DNA of 40,338 bases from positions 1 to 40,338 of the forward strand of contig JBBDJA010000005.1 in NCBI GenBank assembly GCA_040880105.1, in the 5' to 3' direction. Positions 17,908-27,614 of this stretch are shown in pieces (within the stretch, counting starts at the first letter, position 1; every line of letters begins with the position of its first letter). Origin of the DNA: Waddliaceae bacterium (GTDB taxonomy: Bacteria > Chlamydiota > Chlamydiia > Chlamydiales > SLOH01). A program made the position numbers and the translations under genes. The notes under the pieces are model-generated. The model did not search any database. It was given only the letters and a program-made list of their open reading frames with translations, and was not told where the DNA came from.

Positions 17908-18422
17908 TTAACAATGCGCGACAGATTCGCAAGTGTATAGACTGAAGAAAGAGTGAGATTCTCAGCTGCAAGATTTTCTCTCCCCCCCTGCTCTCGATTC
18001 AGCCATGTGATCACATCTGTTACGATCAGACCGGCACTTCTCAAGTCATAAATGGTTTCTAAAACACTTTTCCCTGTAGAGACGACATCTTCGATCACAA
18101 TGCATCTCATACCCGGCTTAAAATTCCCCTCAACCATTCGCTCAAGACCGCGATTCTTCGCCTCCTTGCGGCGAAAAAGCATGGGCACTTCATGTGTAAT
18201 TGAGATACTTGTCGCGATTGCAAAAGCGCCGTAAGGCACCCCGCACATGAGGTCAAAAGAATAATTCTTTGCTACAGCCCAGATCTCTTCTGAAATCTCC
18301 TTAAGCAAAGCGGGAAAGGAGACAATCGGCCTAAGGTCGACATAAAGAGAGTGCGCCTGCTTAGGGAAGAACTTCCCTAGATAAATGCCACCCGCTTTTT
18401 GCAATTTTAAAATTGTAGTCAT
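17880..18422 (-). CDS. pyrE: Orotate phosphoribosyltransferase
   Basis: YVDLR, CGVPY, RRKEAK loop, PRPP motif VIEDVVSTGKS, REQGG. Confidence 0.88.
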   Translation of the reverse strand: MTTILKLQKAGGIYLGKFFPKQAHSLYVDLRPIVSFPALLKEISEEIWAVAKNYSFDLMCGVPYGAFAIATSISITHEVPMLFRRKEAKNRGLERMVEGNFKPGMRCIVIEDVVSTGKSVLETIYDLRSAGLIVTDVITWLNREQGGRENLAAENLTLSSVYTLANLSRIVKEPLIHSDC

Positions 18423-18434
18423 AAGAGATGAAAT

Positions 18435-19391
18435 CTAGAAATCGGCCGAGGCAACGTGAAACGCTTTTCCTTGAATAATCGTATATTCGGGCCATCCTTT
18501 CAACCTCAAGCCGCTACCTATACTCTTTTCTTTTTCAAGGTCGACAAGGACAAGATCGTCTTGATTCTGAAGATTGAAAATCTCTTGAGGCCCGCGTTTT
18601 GTAAGCGCTACGACCTTTTCATACGAGATCCGGTTTTCCCCTGCGGCATTCAGAAGGAGCGGGAGCGTGATAAAGTCCGGATCGCCACATCCGACAGTAT
18701 CGATGATATCCTCGTTGATTGCCTGCCAAAGAACGTCACTTGTATCTGCTAAAAGGTCACTTGCCTTTACTCCCGTGTAGACTAAAATTTCTTCGTGCTT
18801 TGCCTTTTGTATTATATCTAGCTGATCTTGTGTCCGGATATTCAAAAAATAGAGGGGACACGGGTAGCTTCTTGCTTGATGCAACACATTTTGAATCGAC
18901 TCAATCGCTTGCGCCTCTTCTAATTGAATGGCAATCGGTAAATTTTTTTGGGAGGCGGTGCGGAAAACCTCCTCCAAAAAAGAGTCATCTACACCTGGCG
19001 CTAAGACAACTTTAAGGCCAACAACTTCATCGGTCAATTTATCCATTTCACCTAAGTGCGTTGCCGAACCTGGAAAGTATAGCCTATAGCGAAGGGGTAT
19101 CGAAATTTCTTTTAGGAAGCGGTCAATAGAGGTTAGGTTACTCTTTAATCCCTCAAATGAATCGGAAGATGACGTCTGAAAAACCGTCGTCACCCCGCCC
19201 GTGATAGCCGCTTTCGCACCGCTCTCCCAGTCGCCCTTCTTGTCTGTTGGAAAATGCACATGCGTATCAATCAGGGCTGGAAAAAGTGTCAGGCGTTCTC
19301 TAGCATCAATGACTTGACTCTCTTGACTTTCGACTACGTACTCTTTTTCGATATCCCCTTGAATTGTGCGTAAGTTTTTTATTGTAATCAC
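18435..19391 (-). CDS. Dihydroorotase-like amidohydrolase, degenerate active site (GTG 19391 start proposed)
   Basis: P.LIDTHVHF, AAITGGVTTV, DLVLVD, GWP..TI..G; adjacent to pyrE; GGGAG SD before GTG. Confidence 0.8.
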   Translation of the reverse strand: MITIKNLRTIQGDIEKEYVVESQESQVIDARERLTLFPALIDTHVHFPTDKKGDWESGAKAAITGGVTTVFQTSSSDSFEGLKSNLTSIDRFLKEISIPLRYRLYFPGSATHLGEMDKLTDEVVGLKVVLAPGVDDSFLEEVFRTASQKNLPIAIQLEEAQAIESIQNVLHQARSYPCPLYFLNIRTQDQLDIIQKAKHEEILVYTGVKASDLLADTSDVLWQAINEDIIDTVGCGDPDFITLPLLLNAAGENRISYEKVVALTKRGPQEIFNLQNQDDLVLVDLEKEKSIGSGLRLKGWPEYTIIQGKAFHVASADF

Positions 19392-19457
19392 AAACGTATA
19401 CTCCCGGCTAATCCACAAATTAAACAAGTCACAAGATAGATTTCCAGATAAAAATCA

Positions 19458-20174
19458 TTATGGGCTTGAGAGCTTGGGCCAAGAGGAGAGATCTTCTTGA
19501 ATGAAGCAAGTTTGATTGCTGTGGATAAAAAATGACGATTCAAGGAGCGGCTCGCTCTCTTCTTCGAAAAATGCGATCTGCCAATTGCCCGAAGGTAAAT
19601 CTTGGACTAGCACCTGATACGCATCGACTCCCATGGGCTGGACAATGTCATTGTCTCTTGGGCCATCGATTGTATTCCCTGTTTTTTCATGAAACAGTCG
19701 GTATGTGACAGGATGATCGGGATTGAAAAAATAGGTCAGGAAAAGAAAGCCCGGAGCTTGCACATAAGTGGGAGCCACAGCTTTTGAGACCATGACAAGA
19801 GACTCTAGGTCCGTTTGTTTTGTGAAAAGAACATCAACTTTAGCCACATCTCCGGCCAACACTTCAATGCGCTGAGGGGGAGGTTGAGTAAATGCGTTTG
19901 TGCGATTGGGGATCATAAACTCAACGACATACTCTCCGGGAGGAAGATCTTCAATCACAACCATACGCCCGAAGGTATTCGGGTCATCAATGTATGCGTT
20001 TCCTCTTGGAAAAAAGTAATGATTTTGCTCTGCATCCCAAAGCCAAAACCTCACCTGCTCGATTGCGCGGTCAGATTGATCTGTTTTATAGGAAACCACA
20101 AGAGTTCCGCCCTCGCTTGAAAATAGAGAGGCAGCAAACAGGAAAGGACTTAAAAACCAAATAAAATTTCTCAT
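19458..20174 (-). CDS. Hypothetical exported protein, probably beta-sandwich repeats
   Basis: Signal peptide; two similar motifs, IEDLPPGEYVVEF and VQDLPSGNWQIAF. Confidence 0.7.
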   Translation of the reverse strand: MRNFIWFLSPFLFAASLFSSEGGTLVVSYKTDQSDRAIEQVRFWLWDAEQNHYFFPRGNAYIDDPNTFGRMVVIEDLPPGEYVVEFMIPNRTNAFTQPPPQRIEVLAGDVAKVDVLFTKQTDLESLVMVSKAVAPTYVQAPGFLFLTYFFNPDHPVTYRLFHEKTGNTIDGPRDNDIVQPMGVDAYQVLVQDLPSGNWQIAFFEEESEPLLESSFFIHSNQTCFIQEDLSSWPKLSSP

Positions 20175-20179
20175 TTATC

Positions 20180-21355
20180 TTATCTCGACTCTTTTGAAAT
20201 ATTGTCAAATGACTTTCCATTCTCATCAATTGCATTAAAAAAGGTTTTGTTTTGATGCAAAGAGACAAGGATAAAGTGCCTGGCAGACTTTGTTTTTGCA
20301 AGGTAAAACCGCTGGCTTGGCTTTTTTGGCCGTCTCATATTCGTTCCCCATCCGCCATCGCCAAAGTAGATAATGCCTTTTGGATCTACAGTATGATTGC
20401 GAATCGGATATGTGCGCTTATAGGCATGGTCATGGTTTTCAAACACTGCCGTCACATCATATTGATCAAAAAGTGGCGTCCAGTATTTTCTTATCTTTTT
20501 TGGCACGCTTTCCGTCCAGCGCCTCACAGAGGGATAAGCCGGAACATGGTAGGTCACAAATTTTCTTGGATATGAGCAAGCGACTTTCAAAGCTTCTTCA
20601 AGCCAAAGCTCCTGTCCTCCTTCAACCGGGTAGGTGTGATCAGAGTCAAGTAGGACCAAAGACATATAGTTGCCAAAATTGACCGCTTGATAACTTTTCT
20701 CTCCGGTCCCGCGAAAAAAAGAGTAAAACCCAAGCGCATCGTCGGGCGTTTGGTTGTAGTGGCCATTCACTTCGTGGTTGCCGATTGCGGCAAGTATTGG
20801 GATTAAATACCCCTCAGATGTCACCATCTCACGGCTCCAGGTAATGAAAAAATCCATCCAGCGATCAAAATCTTCCTTACCCTCTTTGCGGCTAGCACCC
20901 GTATAGGCAATATCGCCCCCTAAAAGGGCAAAATACGGATCTGTTTGAGCCGCTTGCCGGCACGTTCTTGCAAAAGGCTCGATTTTTCCGGGAAAAAGAT
21001 CTCCTCCCATAACAAAATTTAAAGGCTTCTCTACATCTTTTGGGAGCGTGCGAAACCGATATTTTTTATCCTCATTGCCAATTTGAAATTGATATGTGGA
21101 TCCCGGAAATAGATCCGAAAGTTCGGTGCGATGCAAATACTTCCCGTTGGGAAGAGAAAACACACGAACGGAGCTTGTTTGAATTGCTGAATTCCCCAGT
21201 TGCTGAAAAGAAAACGACTCCCCTTCCGGCTCACCTGTAATCCAGTTGACAATCATACCCGATTCAGGCGTGCGACTGAGCGTTAAATATAGCGCCGTCT
21301 GATCGACAGCGCTAAGAGTTGAAAAAAGAGCGATCAGAAAGAGTGCGTATCTCAT
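20180..21355 (-). CDS. Exported purple-acid-phosphatase-like metallophosphoesterase with N-terminal FN3-like domain
   Basis: Signal peptide; L.DL.PG..Y, GGD, GGDIAY, IGNHE, HVPAYPS, ENHDHAYKRT, GDGGWG. Confidence 0.88.
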   Translation of the reverse strand: MRYALFLIALFSTLSAVDQTALYLTLSRTPESGMIVNWITGEPEGESFSFQQLGNSAIQTSSVRVFSLPNGKYLHRTELSDLFPGSTYQFQIGNEDKKYRFRTLPKDVEKPLNFVMGGDLFPGKIEPFARTCRQAAQTDPYFALLGGDIAYTGASRKEGKEDFDRWMDFFITWSREMVTSEGYLIPILAAIGNHEVNGHYNQTPDDALGFYSFFRGTGEKSYQAVNFGNYMSLVLLDSDHTYPVEGGQELWLEEALKVACSYPRKFVTYHVPAYPSVRRWTESVPKKIRKYWTPLFDQYDVTAVFENHDHAYKRTYPIRNHTVDPKGIIYFGDGGWGTNMRRPKKPSQRFYLAKTKSARHFILVSLHQNKTFFNAIDENGKSFDNISKESR

Positions 21356-23184
21356 TTCACAAGCTCTTGGACAAGCTCCCCAAGTACTTGGTGGCTTCTA
21401 TGGACAAAAGCGTTCAGAGCATTTTTGTCCATCTCGCGTTGAGATAAAAGAGAGAGGTCGTAAATTTCACGCACAAGATCGTCAGCAAGTTTAGGATTGC
21501 GCTCATTGATCTTTTGCAGCGCCCCCATGATCGGGTGATTGGTATTGACAACGAACGTTCGTTTTTGAATCTGCTCAAATCCCCCTTCTTGACCCATGCT
21601 GATAAAGTAATCGCGCATGCGGCGCATCTCCTCATCCATAATAACCACTCCCGGAATGTCGACAGAGTCTAGACTTTTTGCCTCTACTTCGATGTTTTGC
21701 TCACCAAGCTTAGAGCGAATAAAATCGGCAAGTTTTGATGCGTCTGTCTTTCCATCGGCATCCAGAACTGTTTTCTCTTTCTCTTTATCGAGGAGCGTCT
21801 CATCGATCCCACCGTCGATACGCTGAAATCGAGTAGGCGTCAATTTTTGCTCTAAAAACTGCATAAGATAGGAGTCGATCGGTGAATTGGCTAAAAGCAC
21901 TTCAATTCCACGCTTTTTATACATTTCGAGGAAGGGAATGGAATGACTTTCATCCAGGGTGTAAAAGACCTTATCCTTTGCTTTCTCTTTATTTCTCTCT
22001 ATATAATCAGCAGCTGTGACCCACTCTCCATCGACAACCTTCCATAGCAGAAGATCCTTTACACGCTCATAGAATTTCTCATCCTCTAAAGCGCCGAGCT
22101 TGATAATCGTTGAGATATCTTTCCATGACTGGTAGAACTTCTCTTTATCGCTTCGATAAAGAGATGTCAGGCTGTCTGATACTTTTTTCGAGATGTGCCC
22201 CGAGAGCTTACGGACGGTGCTATCCATTTGCAAGCTACTCCGAGAGACATTTAATGGAATATCGGGACTATCGATCACCCCTTGCAACATCATTAAGTAA
22301 TTAGGAATCACATCTTTGCAGTTATCGGAAACAAACACGCGATTGCAAAAGAGTTTAATCGTTGTTTTATTGATATCTAAATCGCGTTTAATCTTTGGAA
22401 AAAAGAGAATCCCTTTCAAATTGAAAGGATAATCGACATTTAAGTGCACCCAAAAAAGCGGATCCTCCTGCATCGGATAGAGGTAGCGGTAGAACTCTAA
22501 ATACTCTTGATCCGTACACTCCGACGGCGCCTTCATCCAAAGAGGCTCGTGGGTATTGATCTGTTTATCTTCCAAATAGACAGGACAGGACATGAATGAG
22601 CAGTAGTGCTTCAAAATCTCGCGGATTTTTGTCTCTTCCAGATACTCCTTATTCTCATCGCTGATATGGAGGATCACCTCGGTTCCACGCGACGACCGAT
22701 TGCCCTTGCTGATTTCATACTCCGTTGTCGTTCCGCACGTCCAAAGCACCGGCATAGCCGACTCTTTATATGAAAGCGTCTGAAGATCGACTTGATTTGC
22801 CACCATGTAAGAGGAGTAAAAACCAAGACCAAAATGGCCGATGATTTGATCGCCTTCCTTTTCTGACTTGTATTTGTCTAAAAATTCCTCAGCGCTTGAG
22901 AAGGCGATTTGGGAAATGTACCGATCCACTTCCTCTTCATCCATTCCAATTCCATTATCACTGATCGAAAGGGTCTTTGCTTCTTTGTTGATTTTGATAT
23001 CAATGCGAAACTCAGAGTCTTTCGCATCCACACTTCCCTGCTCAATTAACAACTTGCACTTGTTAATGGCATCGCATGAGTTCGAAACAAGTTCGCGAAT
23101 AAATATATCCTTATCGGAATAGAGCCATCGCTTGATAATCGGTAGAATATTTTCGCTATGAATTTTCAAGTTCTTTGTTGTCAT
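21352..23184 (-). CDS. htpG: Hsp90 chaperone HtpG
   Basis: LYSDKDIFIRELVSNSCDA, DNGIGM, IGHFGLGFYS, DSPDIPLNVSRS; ATG 23184 preferred. Confidence 0.97.
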   Translation of the reverse strand: MTTKNLKIHSENILPIIKRWLYSDKDIFIRELVSNSCDAINKCKLLIEQGSVDAKDSEFRIDIKINKEAKTLSISDNGIGMDEEEVDRYISQIAFSSAEEFLDKYKSEKEGDQIIGHFGLGFYSSYMVANQVDLQTLSYKESAMPVLWTCGTTTEYEISKGNRSSRGTEVILHISDENKEYLEETKIREILKHYCSFMSCPVYLEDKQINTHEPLWMKAPSECTDQEYLEFYRYLYPMQEDPLFWVHLNVDYPFNLKGILFFPKIKRDLDINKTTIKLFCNRVFVSDNCKDVIPNYLMMLQGVIDSPDIPLNVSRSSLQMDSTVRKLSGHISKKVSDSLTSLYRSDKEKFYQSWKDISTIIKLGALEDEKFYERVKDLLLWKVVDGEWVTAADYIERNKEKAKDKVFYTLDESHSIPFLEMYKKRGIEVLLANSPIDSYLMQFLEQKLTPTRFQRIDGGIDETLLDKEKEKTVLDADGKTDASKLADFIRSKLGEQNIEVEAKSLDSVDIPGVVIMDEEMRRMRDYFISMGQEGGFEQIQKRTFVVNTNHPIMGALQKINERNPKLADDLVREIYDLSLLSQREMDKNALNAFVHRSHQVLGELVQELVK

Positions 23185-23216
23185 GCTTAATCCCTCATTT
23201 TTATATTTTCTAGACA

Positions 23217-23245
23217 AATATATCATGATAGGGTGGATTTGTAAA
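23217..23245 (-). promoter_or_regulatory. Putative htpG promoter
   Basis: TTTACA-N17-TATATT with extended -10 TG. Confidence 0.5.
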
Positions 23246-23421
23246 ATTTTTAGGGGAAACGGCACTCTTTTTTTTACTCAAAAAAAGTTTCTGCTAAAAT
23301 GAATCTTAAAATTTAACCAATTGACGGTTAAGTGAGTAAAGAAATCTCTGAATTTTAGCATGGCATGGGTCTATAAGATCTTTGCTTGAAGGGAAATTAA
23401 TGAGAAGGCTATTGTAGGGAA

Positions 23422-24720
23422 ATGATGGGAGTTGATCTTTTACTAGTTATATATGCGGTCATCGCGTTTACGCTGATCATTATTGCACTCGCGGGAATGA
23501 TTCTTTTTGCTAGATCGAAATTTGTTAAAACCGATCTTTGCAAAATTGAAATCAACCACCTTCCCGATATGACCAAAGAGGTCCCGGGAGGTAGCACTTT
23601 ACTCTCTGCTCTCTCTTCTCAAGGAATCGCAGTCCCGTCCCCTTGCGGAGGAAAAGCCACATGCCTGCAATGCAAAGTCCAAATCACAGAAGGCGCCGAC
23701 CCACCGATTGAGACCGATCGTTCCACCTTTTCACGCAAAGAATTAGAAGAAGGTTGGAGACTCTCTTGTCAAACAAAGCTTAAGCACGATCTTCACCTCC
23801 ACTTAGACGAGTCATATCTCGAAGTGCAAGAGATAGAGGGAACTGTCATCAGCAACGAAAATGTCGCCACCTTTATTAAAGAGCTGGTTGTCGAAATTCC
23901 CGAAGAGATCGAATATAAATCAGGGGAATACCTGCAATTCCATGTGCCCCCGTTTAAAACCAATACGACCGAATGGAAAGAGACAATCGATGAGGAGTTC
24001 CAAAAAGACTGGCAACATTTTGGAATGTTTGACCGAGAAATCGATTTTAGTTCTCTTCCTTTGGGACCGCCTGACGAGGTCATCCGCGCCTACTCTATGG
24101 CCTCTTACCCGGCAGAAAAAAAGAAACTCATTTTCAATATTAGGATCGCATCGGCTCCTTTTGGTAGAGATGGGAAACTAGACACATCCATCCCTTGGGG
24201 AATCTGCTCAAGCTATACATTTTCTCTAAAACCGGGCGACAAAATCAAGCTCTCAGGCCCCTTTGGCGAATCCTACATGATTGACGATGACCGCGAACTT
24301 GTCTTCCTAATCGGCGGAGCCGGCTCTTCCTTTGGACGTAGCCATATCATGCACCTATTCCGCACTGAGAAAACCAAGCGAAAAGTCTCTATGTGGTACG
24401 GCGCGCGGTCTCTCAAAGAAAATATCTATGAAGATGAGTACAAACAGCTAGATAGCGAATATCCGAATTTTTCCTACAATCTCGTCTTATCGGAGCCCCT
24501 ACCTGAAGACTATGAAAAAGGCTGGCCAAAAGAAGACCCCGTCAAGACAGGATTTGTCTTCAAAGCATTTGAAGAGGGTCAGCTTAAGAAAATGGAATAC
24601 CCCGAAGACTGCCTCTATTACGTCTGCGGACCGCCAATGCATAACGTCTCGGTGATGAAATTGCTTGACGATTACGGCGTTCCACGCGAAAATATCATCC
24701 TAGATGATTTTGGAAGCTAA
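23422..24720 (+). CDS. nqrF: Na+-translocating NADH:quinone reductase subunit F
   Basis: N-terminal TM, 2Fe-2S CGGKATCLQC...RLSCQ, NVATFIKEL, RAYSMA, GGAG, WYGARS, CGPP, DDFG. Confidence 0.96.
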   Translation: MMGVDLLLVIYAVIAFTLIIIALAGMILFARSKFVKTDLCKIEINHLPDMTKEVPGGSTLLSALSSQGIAVPSPCGGKATCLQCKVQITEGADPPIETDRSTFSRKELEEGWRLSCQTKLKHDLHLHLDESYLEVQEIEGTVISNENVATFIKELVVEIPEEIEYKSGEYLQFHVPPFKTNTTEWKETIDEEFQKDWQHFGMFDREIDFSSLPLGPPDEVIRAYSMASYPAEKKKLIFNIRIASAPFGRDGKLDTSIPWGICSSYTFSLKPGDKIKLSGPFGESYMIDDDRELVFLIGGAGSSFGRSHIMHLFRTEKTKRKVSMWYGARSLKENIYEDEYKQLDSEYPNFSYNLVLSEPLPEDYEKGWPKEDPVKTGFVFKAFEEGQLKKMEYPEDCLYYVCGPPMHNVSVMKLLDDYGVPRENIILDDFGS

Positions 24721-24725
24721 AATCG

Positions 24726-26360
24726 ATGCGCGCCGTCCTTACACAAATGAATCCAACGATCGGGGATCTGCAGGGCAATGTAGATAAAATTCTGAAAGGA
24801 ATTGCCTTTGCCAAGAGAAATCGGGCAGAACTTGTCCTATTCCCCGAGCTTGCCATCACAGGGTACCCCCCTGAAGATATTTTGCTACTCCCTCATTTCA
24901 TCGAAGCTGCTGAATCCGCTCTTGATCATGTGGTGATGGCATCTAGAGGAATCACCGTCATTGTCGGCATTCCTAGATACAGTCCGGTCGGAAAGGAAAA
25001 ACGATTATACAATAGCGCAGCTGTAATATCAGATGGAACCATTATTGGATTCCAAGACAAAATGCTCCTGCCAACCTACAATGTTTTCGATGAAAACCGC
25101 TATTTCTCTCCCGGAGACTCCGCGCGGTTATGGGAAATTAACGGAACTAAAGTTGCAATTACAATATGCGAAGATATTTGGCAACACGCAGAGGCTGTAT
25201 GTGAGACACGCTACATAAACGACCCGATTAAAGAGTACAAAGAGCTAAAACCCGATCTTTTAATTAATATCTCCGCCTCGCCGTATCACCTCAATAAATT
25301 TCAAGATCGACTCAAAGTATCTAAACGCGCAGTTGAAACGCTTCATTGCCCCTATCTTTTCTGCAACCAAGTGGGCGCAAACGATAGCTTGATCTTTGAC
25401 GGGCGTAGCTTCTGCCTTGACAAGGAAGGTAAACTCATTGATTTTGCCCCCGGATTTGTAGAAGACCATCTGATTGTAGATATCGAGATGAACCACGTGG
25501 TTAAAAATTACGATCCCGATCCTATCGAAGAGCTCTACAAAGCGCTTGTTTTAGGGATCAAAGACTACTTTCACAAGTCGGGATTCAAGAAGGCGTGTCT
25601 CGGCCTTTCCGGAGGGATCGACTCCGCTGTCGTTGCTGCCTTGGCCTCAGAGGCACTTGGAAAGGAAAACGTTCTTGCAGTTATGATGCCCTCACGCTAC
25701 ACCTCTCATGCCAGCGAAAGAGATGCAAAGAAACTACTCTCCAAACTACAAATCCCGAGTGAAACAGTCTCGATTGAAAATATCTTTCAAAGTTTTCTCG
25801 ACGAACTCTCCCCTTTTTTTAAAGGAAAAGAAAAAGACGCCACAGAAGAAAATTTGCAATCGCGCATCCGCGGCATGATTTTAATGGCCTTTTCAAATAA
25901 ACATGGACACATTGTCTTAAGCACCGGAAATAAAAGCGAAATGGCGATGGGCTACTCCACGTTATATGGCGATATGACAGGCGGACTCGGTGTCCTTAAC
26001 GATGTGACAAAACAGCAAGTCTATTTTCTTGCAGAATATATTAATCGAAATCAAAGCATCATCCCCAAAAACATCATAAAAAAGGCCCCGACAGCTGAAT
26101 TAAGAGCCAATCAAAAAGATTCCGACACACTGCCCGATTATAAAATCATCGACACTGTCGTAGAAGAGTATGTGGAAAATCACCTCTCCCCTCAAAAGAT
26201 CGCGGAAAATTACGGGTATCCGAAACAGCTGGTCGATGATCTTGTGAAGCGCATCCATCTTAACGAATACAAAAGGCGGCAAAGCCCTCCCGGCCTACGG
26301 GTTTCAAAGCGGGCATTCTCAGTCGGCAGACGATTCCCGATCGTCCAAGGCTGGACTTAA
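24726..26360 (+). CDS. nadE: Glutamine-dependent NAD+ synthetase
   Basis: Nitrilase domain (FPEL, K..LPTY..FDE.RYF, ICEDIW) plus GLSGGIDSA, ENLQSRIRG, STGNKSE, EYKRRQ. Confidence 0.96.
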   Translation: MRAVLTQMNPTIGDLQGNVDKILKGIAFAKRNRAELVLFPELAITGYPPEDILLLPHFIEAAESALDHVVMASRGITVIVGIPRYSPVGKEKRLYNSAAVISDGTIIGFQDKMLLPTYNVFDENRYFSPGDSARLWEINGTKVAITICEDIWQHAEAVCETRYINDPIKEYKELKPDLLINISASPYHLNKFQDRLKVSKRAVETLHCPYLFCNQVGANDSLIFDGRSFCLDKEGKLIDFAPGFVEDHLIVDIEMNHVVKNYDPDPIEELYKALVLGIKDYFHKSGFKKACLGLSGGIDSAVVAALASEALGKENVLAVMMPSRYTSHASERDAKKLLSKLQIPSETVSIENIFQSFLDELSPFFKGKEKDATEENLQSRIRGMILMAFSNKHGHIVLSTGNKSEMAMGYSTLYGDMTGGLGVLNDVTKQQVYFLAEYINRNQSIIPKNIIKKAPTAELRANQKDSDTLPDYKIIDTVVEEYVENHLSPQKIAENYGYPKQLVDDLVKRIHLNEYKRRQSPPGLRVSKRAFSVGRRFPIVQGWT

Positions 26361-26363
26361 AAG

Positions 26364-27392
26364 ATGAAAGGAAGCGTCCTTAAGAGCCTACCCTTGCTCA
26401 TCATCGGATTTCTTATCGGGATCTTAGCGTCCTCGATCCCCTTTGAATTCTTCTCATCGACACCTTCTCAAAAGCGCCTTCGAAACTTATTTGAAAACCA
26501 TTTTAACCGTCCCTTTTCCTCTGTCAAAAGCGTAGAGCCGCTAACAGGTGGCATGTCTAAACAAGTGTGGAAAGTCACTTTTGACGGAAATGCGTATGTG
26601 CTAAAGCTCTTTCGTGAAAAAGACCAGATCCTCTCTATGCTACAAGAGGGGTATTACACCGCGCTTGCAGCCGGGCATGAGATTGGGCCACCGCTCCTCA
26701 CCCTTGACCTGGAAAACCAAGGCATGATCCAAGAATATGTTCACACGGAAAAAGAGAGCGATTCGATGCCCTTTGCGATGAAAAAATTGCATGCCCTACA
26801 TCAACTCCTTGGCTACTACCCCTACACCTCTTTTGAAAAGAGAGTGCGCGCGTTGCATGAATTAAATGCCCCTGTGATTACCCCCTTCAAAGAGGCCATA
26901 AAAAAAGCTGAAACATTTAAAAGAAAGGAATCGATTGCCCTCATTCACGGAGACTTTCATTCAGGACAAATAGTGGGAAGCGATGACAATCTGATGCTGA
27001 TAGATTTTGCCGACTGCAGAGTGGGTGATGGACTGTATGATGTGGCAAAATACGCCTTTGGGCATCCCCATCCCGAAGAGATCTTAAAACAATACCTAAA
27101 TCAAGAGCCGTCCGTAGAAGATCTTCAGCATTTTTCAGAAATGACAGCTCTTGTCTACTTAGACATTGCAACCAATCGATACCTTCATTGGGCAGCTACC
27201 CAAGAGACATTCGATGCGGAAGATATCGAAAGACTTTATATGAAATACCAACAAGAGAAGCCTCCTCTGAATAACAAACCCAAAAATGAGTCTTTATTGG
27301 AGGACTCTCTTATTGCTCTTAATCAATTTTTTTTCCAATCAGAAGCAACTGCTTCACAAGGGGTGAGTAATCCGGAATATCGCGCGGACTAA
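26364..27392 (+). CDS. APH/choline-kinase-like phosphotransferase with N-terminal membrane anchor
   Basis: LTGGMS..VWKV, YVLK, IHGDFH, LIDFAD, GD..YD.A. Confidence 0.8.
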   Translation: MKGSVLKSLPLLIIGFLIGILASSIPFEFFSSTPSQKRLRNLFENHFNRPFSSVKSVEPLTGGMSKQVWKVTFDGNAYVLKLFREKDQILSMLQEGYYTALAAGHEIGPPLLTLDLENQGMIQEYVHTEKESDSMPFAMKKLHALHQLLGYYPYTSFEKRVRALHELNAPVITPFKEAIKKAETFKRKESIALIHGDFHSGQIVGSDDNLMLIDFADCRVGDGLYDVAKYAFGHPHPEEILKQYLNQEPSVEDLQHFSEMTALVYLDIATNRYLHWAATQETFDAEDIERLYMKYQQEKPPLNNKPKNESLLEDSLIALNQFFFQSEATASQGVSNPEYRAD

Positions 27393-27612
27393 ACCTGCCT
27401 CTTTCTATCAAGTCATTTGTAATAATATTATCGATATTTTTTGAAAGAAAACTTTCACTAACGGTTTTTCCTCCCAATTTTTTTGCAACTGATTTTAAAT
27501 ATGAGTTGCATCGGAGGTATAGCATGCATTTTTCTGTTAATTTTTTCTCCAATACCTCTTCTTCTGGAAAAACGTAATTATCTATATTTGGTTGAAAATT
27601 TATTGATGACAT
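27319..27612 (-). CDS. Small AT-rich hypothetical protein or gene remnant
   Basis: ATG 2 nt after the rsgA stop; overlaps the 3' end of the kinase by 74 bp; no motif recognised. Confidence 0.4.
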   Translation of the reverse strand: MSSINFQPNIDNYVFPEEEVLEKKLTEKCMLYLRCNSYLKSVAKKLGGKTVSESFLSKNIDNIITNDLIERGRFSPRDIPDYSPLVKQLLLIGKKID

Positions 27613-27614
27613 TT

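Noticed and set aside
23259..23300. CIRCE-like fragments (GGCACTC ... TGCTAA) upstream of htpG
   Set aside because: Spacing and arms do not fit TTAGCACTC-N9-GAGTGCTAA.
23422..24720. nqrF isolated from the other nqr genes
   Set aside because: Split nqr loci are the known arrangement in chlamydiae.
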